From: Candidatus Limnocylindrales bacterium
GTDB taxonomy: Bacteria; Moduliflexota; Moduliflexia; Moduliflexales; JAUQPW01
Assembly (NCBI GenBank): GCA_035559535.1
Contig: DATMBG010000002.1
Coordinates: 62,001-108,450, forward strand
Reading direction: 5' to 3'
Length of the DNA stretch: 46,450 nt
Below are positions 29,691 through 37,760 of this stretch, in pieces (the first letter of the stretch is position 1; each line of letters begins with the position of its first letter). The translations under genes were made by a program, and so were the position numbers. A model generated the notes under the pieces. It was not told the DNA's origin and searched no databases. It was given only the letters and a program-made list of their open reading frames with translations.

Positions 29691-30815
29691 ATGAAATCGG
29701 TTATAAAGTCTAGAGAACAACGTATCGCATATTTTATCTCTCCCCACGGTTTTGGCCATGCAGCCAGGTCGGCTGCGGTCATGCAAGCCTTACAGGAGCA
29801 AAATCCAGGGATTCAATTTGAGATTTTTACCCGGGTACCGGCCTGGTTTTTCCGAGAATCCTGGATAGAAAATTTTAATTACCACCCTTTGTTAACAGAT
29901 ATTGGACTCGTACAGAAAACCCCCTTGATAGAAGATCTTGGGGAAACAGTCCGGCAATTAAATCACCTCCTGCCGTTTGATTTTTCTCAAATTCAGAACC
30001 TGGCAGAATGGATTAACAGGCTAAACTGCCAGCTTGTGGTCTGTGATATTGCCCCCATGGGGATTGCCGTAGCCAAAGAAGCCGGAATTCCTTCCGTATT
30101 GATCGAAAACTTTACCTGGGATTGGATCTATGAAGGATACCTGGCTCAGGAGCCCGGATTAAGTTCTCAGATAAACTACCTGCAGGGGTTATTTAACCAG
30201 GTAAATTACCGTATTCAAACGGAACCTGTCTGCGCCTATCGCTCAGCCGATCTTATAACCCCACCGGTGAGTCGGAAAGTCAGAACCCCTCCCCTCCAAA
30301 TTCGGGAGAAATTAGGGATATCTCCCCAGGACAGGATGGTTATGATCACCATGGGGGGAATCCCCGATCAATACAGATTTCTAGAGGAATTGGAGCGCCA
30401 GCACGATGTTTATTTTGTGATTCCTGGAGCCGGGGAATCCTTGGAGATTCGAGGCACCCTCATCCTTTTACCCCACCATTCTAATTTTTACCACCCGGAT
30501 CTGATCCATGCCTGCGATGCCGTTGTCGGTAAATTGGGATATAGCACCCTTGCAGAGGTTTATTATGCCGGGGTTCCTTTTGGTTATGTTATACGATCCA
30601 AATTTCGGGAGTCTCAGGTACTGGCCGCCTATGTACACCGCAAAATGAGGGGTTTAGCCTTTGCAGAAACGGAATTTCAAAACGGAAACTGGTTGTCAGG
30701 CTTATCAGAGCTGTTGGCTTTACCTCGAATTTATCCGGACCATCCCAACGGAGCCACCCAGATCGCGAATTTTATTCGCCCATTACTCGATCTTATCGGT
30801 TCCTCCACTTCCTAG
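29691..30815 (+). CDS. GT-B fold glycosyltransferase-like protein (resembles the N-terminal domain of L-arabinokinase)
   Basis: AYFISPHGFGHAAR, VVCDIAP, NFTWDWIY, ITMGG, DAVVGKLGYSTLAE, R..F.E. Confidence 0.82.
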   Translation: MKSVIKSREQRIAYFISPHGFGHAARSAAVMQALQEQNPGIQFEIFTRVPAWFFRESWIENFNYHPLLTDIGLVQKTPLIEDLGETVRQLNHLLPFDFSQIQNLAEWINRLNCQLVVCDIAPMGIAVAKEAGIPSVLIENFTWDWIYEGYLAQEPGLSSQINYLQGLFNQVNYRIQTEPVCAYRSADLITPPVSRKVRTPPLQIREKLGISPQDRMVMITMGGIPDQYRFLEELERQHDVYFVIPGAGESLEIRGTLILLPHHSNFYHPDLIHACDAVVGKLGYSTLAEVYYAGVPFGYVIRSKFRESQVLAAYVHRKMRGLAFAETEFQNGNWLSGLSELLALPRIYPDHPNGATQIANFIRPLLDLIGSSTS

Positions 30816-30883
30816 ATAAGACCCTTTCACCCTTTTTCCCTTGAGGATTTTTTCTAAGGAAGCTTTTAAGGATATTTTTTGGG

Positions 30884-30983
30884 CCTACCTGCCGGTCCTC
30901 CCTTCCTTCCCAGGGAAGAGAGGATAGAGACCCAGGCCATCCCCCCGAGTTCCCCCTTCCTGCGTCGGGAAGGGGGTTAGGGA
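30884..30983. repeat. Inverted doublet of REP-like hairpins (REPIN-like)
   Basis: CCTACC..CCTCCCTTCC..GGAAGAGAGG and TCCCCCTTCC..GGAAGGGGGTTAGGGA. Same class as 18921-18964. Confidence 0.6.
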
Positions 30984-31081
30984 GAAGTCACTTCTATATC
31001 TTACACTGGGTTTCAACGCGGAAATGGAATGGCAGTTGTAGCTTAAACGTTCTCGTTTGAAGTTAAGCATCAATACAAGTC

Positions 31082-32167
31082 TTACTTCAGACTGGTACTG
31101 AGTTTAACCTTGTGGAGGGATTTTCTAGATTCGATAGACTTCTTTTGATAGTAATTGAAAGCTGCATCTAGCAGGGCTCTGGTTGCATTAAATCGGGCTT
31201 TACTGGTGGGAGAACCCAGAGTGACCGCAATAAGGCGCAAATCATTCCGTTTAGCGGTTGCCGCAAGATTAAAGCCTGCCTTACGGTAGTAGCCCGTCTT
31301 AAGTCCGTCGAGTCCTCGAAAAGATTTGAGGAGTTTATTGGTACTGGTAATTCGATAGCGTCCATTCCGAATTTTAACCGCCGGTTTAGAACTCCACTGG
31401 AGAACTTTAGGATATTTGATAAGTTCCCTGGCTAAAATAGCCATATCATAAGCACTGGAAACATTGTCATATCCGTTTTCAGAAGGAAGGCCATGAACAT
31501 TTACAAAAAGGGTATCCTTCATGCCCAACTTTTGGGCATAAGCATTCATAAGTCTGACGAAATTTTCCTGATTTCCGGCGATATATTCGGCTACTGCTAC
31601 CGCGGCATCATTGGCAGACCTGATTAAAACAGCCTCTAATAGCTCTTCTAAAGTTAACACCTCTCCGGGTCTTAAATTAATTCGGCTTCCCTCTACCCAA
31701 CTGGCATCTTTAGATATGGAGACCTTATCCGTGAGATGGATCGTGCCCTGTCTTACTTTATCCATAGCCACCAGGGTCACCATCATTTTGGTCAAAGAGG
31801 CAGGAAGAAGCCTTTCACGAGGATTATCCTTGAACAGCACCTCGCCTGTGTTGGCATTCATGACAATAGCAGCTTTATAGGCTTTGCCTGAAGCTCTTTT
31901 AGAAGAGCGCTTCTGGGCATATAGTCTTTTCTTATAGGAAGTTCGTTTATAATTTCTGGCGATCTTTTTAGAATAGGTTTTTTTATGAAGCGTTACATCC
32001 TTCTGTCTCTCCCGTGCGGATGAGGACAAAGGTTTGCTCTTACGGGAAGTTTTAGATAAGGTAGATCCCTCTACCGATCGGAATGCCGAAGCTGGGGAAG
32101 GATCAAAAAGTAGAAGAGAAAAAATGGCTATGAAAATTAAAGAAAACCTTAAACTCTGCTGTTTCAT
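31082..32167 (-). CDS. D-alanyl-D-alanine carboxypeptidase/endopeptidase (peptidase S11)
   Basis: Signal peptide and a Lys/Arg/Ser-rich linker. SxxK (PASLTK), SxN (SAND), HGL and KTG motifs. Confidence 0.93.
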   Translation of the reverse strand: MKQQSLRFSLIFIAIFSLLLFDPSPASAFRSVEGSTLSKTSRKSKPLSSSARERQKDVTLHKKTYSKKIARNYKRTSYKKRLYAQKRSSKRASGKAYKAAIVMNANTGEVLFKDNPRERLLPASLTKMMVTLVAMDKVRQGTIHLTDKVSISKDASWVEGSRINLRPGEVLTLEELLEAVLIRSANDAAVAVAEYIAGNQENFVRLMNAYAQKLGMKDTLFVNVHGLPSENGYDNVSSAYDMAILARELIKYPKVLQWSSKPAVKIRNGRYRITSTNKLLKSFRGLDGLKTGYYRKAGFNLAATAKRNDLRLIAVTLGSPTSKARFNATRALLDAAFNYYQKKSIESRKSLHKVKLSTSLK

Positions 32168-32457
32168 GCTTTACTACCTCCGCTTCTTTGCTTCTTTACA
32201 AAGTCTTTAACTGTTTCCATAGTCCCACTTCAATTCTGGCCGGCTACTAAAGCATTTCTTGTTTCAAAAGTCAAGAGGAATGTGTATTTTCTTAATAAAC
32301 TATTTGACATTTATCCGGCTTCAAATTCTAATAGGGGGAAGTAGGAGGATTTACCTTAAAGGCACAAAGGGTTTGAAGAAAAAGAGTATGGACCCAGGAA
32401 ATTCTCCCACAGGCCCATACTTCCCTTGTGATGACCCCTTAGAAGGAGGATTAAAAC

Positions 32458-32685
32458 ATGAAGGAACCAGGAAGGGATATAGACGTAAATCCAGAGAAGA
32501 AATTGCTTACCCCGGAGGCTTTCAGACAAATTCTGGGATTTGCCGGTCTTGAACTTAACGATCAGGATCTAGAAGCCTTGGCTCCAAGGGCAGCTCACCT
32601 ACTTCAAACCATTGCTCCATTAGGGGATATGGATTTGGCAGATGTCGAGCCTGTTCTCTGGTTTGATATTCTTAAAGGAGGATAA
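32458..32685 (+). CDS. Small GatC/AtzG-like amidase partner subunit
   Basis: 75 aa with GGAGG RBS. Pattern AGLEL...DLE.L...L....L...DL.DVEP. Ends 5 bp before the amidase. Confidence 0.65.
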   Translation: MKEPGRDIDVNPEKKLLTPEAFRQILGFAGLELNDQDLEALAPRAAHLLQTIAPLGDMDLADVEPVLWFDILKGG

Positions 32686-32690
32686 AACGG

Positions 32691-34106
32691 ATGAACCTAC
32701 AAGAAATCTCTTCCTTCAATATTCGCCAGCTTTCCACTGCTTTTGCCAGGAAAGAACTTTCTCCGGTAGAAGTCGTCCAGGCCATTTTCTCTCACATCAG
32801 TGAAACGAATCCCCGGTTTCATGCTTTTATTACCATTTTGCAGGAATCAGCCCTCCAAGAAGCTAAAGAAGCAGAAGCCAGGTTCCGTTCTGGTAACATT
32901 TTCGGTCCCTTACAGGGGATCCCCATAGCCCATAAGGACATTATTTATACCCGAGGTATTCCTACTACCGCAGCGTCCAAGGCTTATGCCGATTTTATTC
33001 CCTCGTACGATGCAACCGTGGTAACACGCTTAAAAGCTGCCGGAACGATTCTTATAGGTAAAACCAATTTACATGAGATTGCCTTTGGACCGACCAGCGC
33101 CGTATCCCATTACGGACCGGTGAGGAATCCCTGGAATTTAGAACACATTGCCGGGGGTTCCAGCGGGGGATCTGCCGTAGGAGTTCTCGTTAAATTATGC
33201 TGGGGGGCTACCGGAACCGATACCGGGGGATCTATTCGAGTCCCTGCTTCGGCGTGCGGAGTTGTGGGAATAAAACCGACTTACGGCAGAGTAAGTCGCC
33301 ATGGAGTAATTCCTCTGGCCTGGACCCTGGATCATATAGGTCCGATAACGGGATGTGTGGAAGATGCCGCTTTGTTACTGGAAGCCATGGCCGGATATGA
33401 CCCCAATGATTTAACCACCAGCCAGCAACCGGTTCCCAACTACATCCGGTCCCTTACCGGGGATATTCGAGGTCTCAGAATTGGGGTCCCCAAAGAGTAT
33501 TTCTTTGAACGGGCCGAGGACGAAGTAATACAGGCAGTTCGCGAAGCCATCCGGGTATTGGAAAATCTGGGGGCCTATCCTGAGGAAATTTCGCTCCCAC
33601 ATATGAAATATGCCCCTTTGGTCCGCGGGGCTATTATCTTTGCAGAGGCTAGTGCTTACCATGAAAAAGCCTTGCGAACAAGATGGAAAGACTTCTCTTC
33701 CGATATTCAGGGTAAACTCACCCTGGGAGCAACCATTCCAGCCAGGCGCTATATTCAAGCCCAACAAGCAAGACGCCTGTTAGAAAGGGACTTTCTTAAC
33801 GCTTTCCAACGTGTGGATGTGATCATCACCCCCACACTTCCGGTTGTTCCTCCCAAAATCGGTGAGGAGGTCGTTAAGATCAAAGGGACAGAAACCGATA
33901 TAGCCGGAGCTCTTATCCCGTTCACTTTTCCCTATAATGCAACGGGTTTACCTGCTATCTCCGTTCCTTGTGGATTTTCAGCTTCGGGATTACCTATCGG
34001 GTTGCAGATTGGAGGAAAACCCTTTGACGAGGAAACCGTCCTTCGAGTTGCCTACGCCTATGAGCAGCAAACACCCTGGCGGAATAAGAAAATACCCGGT
34101 CGGTGA
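32691..34106 (+). CDS. Amidase signature family enzyme (GatA/AtzE-like)
   Basis: GIPIAHKD (Lys), GKTNLHE, GGSSGGS, GTDTGGSIR. Confidence 0.95.
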   Translation: MNLQEISSFNIRQLSTAFARKELSPVEVVQAIFSHISETNPRFHAFITILQESALQEAKEAEARFRSGNIFGPLQGIPIAHKDIIYTRGIPTTAASKAYADFIPSYDATVVTRLKAAGTILIGKTNLHEIAFGPTSAVSHYGPVRNPWNLEHIAGGSSGGSAVGVLVKLCWGATGTDTGGSIRVPASACGVVGIKPTYGRVSRHGVIPLAWTLDHIGPITGCVEDAALLLEAMAGYDPNDLTTSQQPVPNYIRSLTGDIRGLRIGVPKEYFFERAEDEVIQAVREAIRVLENLGAYPEEISLPHMKYAPLVRGAIIFAEASAYHEKALRTRWKDFSSDIQGKLTLGATIPARRYIQAQQARRLLERDFLNAFQRVDVIITPTLPVVPPKIGEEVVKIKGTETDIAGALIPFTFPYNATGLPAISVPCGFSASGLPIGLQIGGKPFDEETVLRVAYAYEQQTPWRNKKIPGR

Positions 34107-34163
34107 GGAAAGAATCCAGAGTATAGGGCAAGTAGAGGTTTGATGCGAGTGCTTTTCCCCCAT

Positions 34164-34250
34164 TTATTCTGAACCCTCCCCTCGGTTCAGGATAAACTTA
34201 TGGAAGGGCAATCCCTACCGGCACTGGGATCGCCCTTCGATTTTGCTCAG
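34164..34250. repeat. Tandem hairpins resembling a degenerate palindromic repeat element
   Basis: TTATTCTGAACC..GGTTCAGGATAA and GAAGGGCAATCCC..GGGATCGCCCTTC, then CCCTTCGATTTTGCTCAG, between convergent genes. Confidence 0.55.
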
Positions 34251-34324
34251 ATGCTTGGGGTGCAGCAGCTTGTCCACCTTGCCAAAATGAACATAACAAA
34301 ATAATCGGTACACCTAATATTAAC

Positions 34325-35794
34325 CTAACCTTGAAAAGTTAAATAAAGATAGAGGATTCCCATACCGACATAGGCAAGAGTACATAAACCCATTAAAATC
34401 TGGGTGATGGGATGGGGTTTGATCCAGTTGGGAAAAACTTTAGGAAGCAGGACATAATTCAGATAGATAAGACCCGGACAGAAAAAACCCATAGCTAAAA
34501 ATGAAACAACCCCACGAAGGACAATCAATTGACCGGGTTGGGCCATCGCCATGGTAATAACGGTTAATACGGTAAATATCGCTACAAAGATATAATACCA
34601 AGTTCGGTAATGGAGTTTTTGAGCTCCCGGAATGTTGGAGTAAAAGAAATCGGCCTGGACGCGGGAATAGCCGTCGGTAAGTTGTAACCAGGCATCACAG
34701 AGGAAAGCGGCAGCCACAATGAGAAACAGGGCTTTACCTATAGGACCCCAGGCCACTTCAAAGAAGGCAGATTGCACCACGGCGATTTCCCATCCCTTGG
34801 GGATTTTACCTTCCGGTAACAGAAGAGCAAAGGCGAGCCAGCACATAATCATGGTGGTAAGGAAATTTAAAAAAACTCCGATAAAGTTCTCGAAACTAAA
34901 ATAATGGACCCAGCCTTTATAATTTCGCTTATTTTCCTCGGTATCCGTGAAAAAAAAGCCCGTAGCAGGGATTGCTTCCGCTTCCCCTGTGATCGGTGAA
35001 GTAACCCGTCCGATAATTTTCCCCATTCCGATTCCTTTATCGCGCATCCAGTAACCGATGAATAACTGACCAAAACCCCCTGCTCCGGCAAATGCAATGC
35101 TGGTAACCAGGGTATTTAAATCCTTAGGATCCCAATTTTCTACCTGGCTCGGTAAGGTCAAACGAGGAATTAAAGCAGCAAAGAAATCCCCACTTACTGC
35201 AAGAACTTTTTCCTGGAATAAAGCAAAAATAATCCCGGTCATGGTAATAAACACAACCACCATGGAAAATTTTTCAATAATATTGTAGACCACTCGACCG
35301 AAGATCAGGGCGATCAGATAGATCCCAATGGTCAGGTAACCCCAGAACAAAGACTGACCCCTCGGAGTCCAGCCTGATGGGAATCCCGTCAGGGCAGCCA
35401 GGGCAGTACCTCCGGCAGAAGCATAGGCACCAAACCAGGCATTCTCGATAAAGATTCCAATCCACATGATCCAGGCATATACCCGGCTGACTCTACTAAA
35501 GCCGGTCATAGGTGTCTCACCCGTTGCAACGGTATAGCGACAGATTTCTAGATTCACCCAATATTGAAGCATAGAGGCCGGAATTAATAAACCCAAGAAC
35601 GCAGCGCCATACTTGGCCGTCAAATAGGGCCACCAGATAAGTTCTCCAGAACCCTGAGCCAAGGCAGCCCACAAGATACCGGGTCCTATATAAGCAAAAA
35701 TTCCCATAAAGGTTGGAAGTGTTGCTAATTTAAGAGGAGCTAAATTTCCCAAGAAAGCCTCCTCAGCAGTTCTAGAAGCTATATTTTTCGCCAT
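34325..35794 (-). CDS. Nramp-related (APC superfamily) membrane transporter
   Basis: About 11 TM segments. IGPGILWAALAQGSGELIWWP and EICRYTVATGE. Lacks the canonical MntH DPGN motif. Confidence 0.85.
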   Translation of the reverse strand: MAKNIASRTAEEAFLGNLAPLKLATLPTFMGIFAYIGPGILWAALAQGSGELIWWPYLTAKYGAAFLGLLIPASMLQYWVNLEICRYTVATGETPMTGFSRVSRVYAWIMWIGIFIENAWFGAYASAGGTALAALTGFPSGWTPRGQSLFWGYLTIGIYLIALIFGRVVYNIIEKFSMVVVFITMTGIIFALFQEKVLAVSGDFFAALIPRLTLPSQVENWDPKDLNTLVTSIAFAGAGGFGQLFIGYWMRDKGIGMGKIIGRVTSPITGEAEAIPATGFFFTDTEENKRNYKGWVHYFSFENFIGVFLNFLTTMIMCWLAFALLLPEGKIPKGWEIAVVQSAFFEVAWGPIGKALFLIVAAAFLCDAWLQLTDGYSRVQADFFYSNIPGAQKLHYRTWYYIFVAIFTVLTVITMAMAQPGQLIVLRGVVSFLAMGFFCPGLIYLNYVLLPKVFPNWIKPHPITQILMGLCTLAYVGMGILYLYLTFQG

Positions 35795-36180
35795 TTTGTA
35801 CCTCCTTGAAAAGAACTTTCTCCTGTGCTTATTGGAGAAAATCTTGGTTATTTGGCCTAATCATCCCACCATCTTATCCTCACCCTCATCCTCACCATAC
35901 CGGGAAGGATAAATCAAGCAAAAAATACGGAAATGGTATTAAAAAATAAAGGATTGACTTTTTTCCAAGGACCGACTATACCTGACCGAATATATCCTTG
36001 AGGTTAAAACTTCTTGGAAGGAGAGAAAATTCTTAAAAAAATCCATCCAGGAGCCAAGATATGAGGATAATCCCACAGGCTTTAGGCCTAATGGATCTTT
36101 TGGAGCAAGATATTCCATTTTGTATCCAAACATTTCGGGTTTAAAGTAAGATAATAAAAAGTAAGATAATAATTGATTCC

Positions 36181-36208
36181 GTAAGGGCACGACGCGCCGT
36201 GCCCTTAC
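36181..36208. repeat. REP-like palindrome (GTAR class)
   Basis: GTAAGGGCACG-ACGCGC-CGTGCCCTTAC, 11-bp perfect arms, directly 5' of the amidase RBS. Confidence 0.85.
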
Positions 36209-36225
36209 TAAAGGAGGAAGATTTT

Positions 36226-37632
36226 ATGAACCAAGAAGACCTCTGTTTTATGCCGGCAACCGACCTGGTAGCAGCTTTTCTGGCGAAGAAATTATCTCCT
36301 GTAGAGGTTATGGATGCCGTTATTGCACGGATTGAACGAATCAATCCCATAGTAAATGCTTTCTGTACCTTAACCCTGGAAGAGGCCCGTCAAAAAGCAA
36401 AGGAGGCTGAGGTAGCCATCATGCGAGGAGATCGCTTAGGGCCTCTGCATGGAGTTCCTGTCTCCATTAAAGACTTAGTTATTACCAAAGGGGTAAGGAC
36501 CATGCGGGGATCTAAAATTTATGAGAATTATATACCCGATGAAGATGCCCCGGTGGTAGAGCGCTTGCGGGATGCCGGAGCCATTATGCTGGGTAAGACG
36601 ACCACCCCAGAGTTTGGATGGAAGGGCGTGACCGATAGTCCGGTTACCGGCATCACACGTAACCCCTGGAATCTGGAACGGACCTGTGGAGGATCCAGTG
36701 GGGGAGCTGGGGTTGCCGTTGCGGCAGGTCTGGGGCCGATTGCCCAGGGTTCTGATGGTGGAGGATCGATTCGTATCCCCAGCAGTTTTTGTGGCATTTA
36801 TGGTCTAAAACCTACGTATGGCCGGATAGCCGCTTATCCCCCCAGCGCTATGGAGACCTTTTCCCATCTGGGTCCGATGACCCGAACGGTCAAAGACGCA
36901 GCTCTTATGATGCAAGTCATGGCTGGTCCTGACGAGCGGGATCGCCTCTCTCTCCCCGCCCAAAATATAGATTATCTGGCCGCCACCGAGGGAGATATTC
37001 GCGGGCTCCGCGTGGCCTGGAGTGTCGATTTGGGTTATGCCGCTGTCGATCCGGAAGTGGCACGAATCACCGAAGCGGCTGCGAAGGTATTCATCGATTT
37101 AGGATGTCAGGTAGAAGCGGTCGATCCGGGATTTGGGAATCCAGAGCCCTTTTTTGCAATCTTTTGGATCGGAGGAATCGGTACCTTTATCAGTGATTAC
37201 CTTCCCAAATGGGAATCCCAAATGGACCCGGGACTGCTTACGTTTGCCGAGCAACTCAAGAGTCTGACTGCAAAGGACTATGTCCAGGCTACTTTTAAAC
37301 GGGTAGAATTCTGGCAAAAGGTCCGAAAATTCTTTGAGAAATACGATTTGCTTCTGACCCCTTCCGTTGCAGTACCTCCCTTCCAGATCGGGATCAACTC
37401 ACCTCCGGAAATCGCAGGTGAAAAAATTTCCTGGATCAACTGGACGCCTTTTACCTATCCTTTTAATCTCACCGGACAGCCTGCTGCTACGGTCCCTTGT
37501 GGTTGGACCCAGGATGGGTTACCGGTTGGTCTACAAATTGTAGGTCGACGCTACGATGAAGCCACCGTACTCAGAGCCTCGGCGGCCTTTGAGAGGGCAA
37601 AACCCTGGGCAAATAAACGACCGAAGCTATAA
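36226..37632 (+). CDS. Amidase signature family enzyme
   Basis: ATG at 36226 after AAGGAGG. GVPVSIKD, GKTTTPEFG, GGSSGG, GSDGGGSIRIP. Confidence 0.95.
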   Translation: MNQEDLCFMPATDLVAAFLAKKLSPVEVMDAVIARIERINPIVNAFCTLTLEEARQKAKEAEVAIMRGDRLGPLHGVPVSIKDLVITKGVRTMRGSKIYENYIPDEDAPVVERLRDAGAIMLGKTTTPEFGWKGVTDSPVTGITRNPWNLERTCGGSSGGAGVAVAAGLGPIAQGSDGGGSIRIPSSFCGIYGLKPTYGRIAAYPPSAMETFSHLGPMTRTVKDAALMMQVMAGPDERDRLSLPAQNIDYLAATEGDIRGLRVAWSVDLGYAAVDPEVARITEAAAKVFIDLGCQVEAVDPGFGNPEPFFAIFWIGGIGTFISDYLPKWESQMDPGLLTFAEQLKSLTAKDYVQATFKRVEFWQKVRKFFEKYDLLLTPSVAVPPFQIGINSPPEIAGEKISWINWTPFTYPFNLTGQPAATVPCGWTQDGLPVGLQIVGRRYDEATVLRASAAFERAKPWANKRPKL

Positions 37633-37640
37633 ATAGAAAA

Positions 37641-37684
37641 AGAGGATGGGGAAAGGAAAAAATCAGGGCTTTCTCCCATCCTCT
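37641..37684. terminator. Stem-loop downstream of the amidase (possible terminator)
   Basis: AGAGGATGGGGAAAG ... CTTTCTCCCATCCTCT, preceded by an A-run. Confidence 0.5.
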
Positions 37685-37695
37685 TGACAATAAGT

Positions 37696-37725
37696 AGTAG
37701 GGGCGTAAGGCCTTACGCCCCTACT
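37696..37725. repeat. REP-like perfect palindrome (GTAG class)
   Basis: AGTAGGGGCGTAAGG|CCTTACGCCCCTACT, perfect 30-bp palindrome. Confidence 0.9.
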
Positions 37726-37760
37726 TTGGTCAATAGTTGATAAGCCAGGGTAGAGGGTAT

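Noticed and set aside
32259-32552. 97-aa ORF overlapping the small amidase partner
   Set aside because: It has no RBS or recognisable features and spans a promoter region. The 32458 ORF has the RBS and a family-like pattern.
32458-34106. gatC-gatA of the tRNA-dependent amidotransferase
   Set aside because: No gatB follows, and the amidase lacks GatA hallmarks such as DEFAMGSS and the SSNLARFDG region. No gene symbol assigned.
34325-35794. mntH manganese transporter
   Set aside because: The canonical DPGN and MPH metal-binding motifs are absent.
35939-36350. Short minus-strand ORFs 35939-36190 and 36141-36350
   Set aside because: They cross the REP, regulatory DNA and the amidase antisense strand, with no coding signals.
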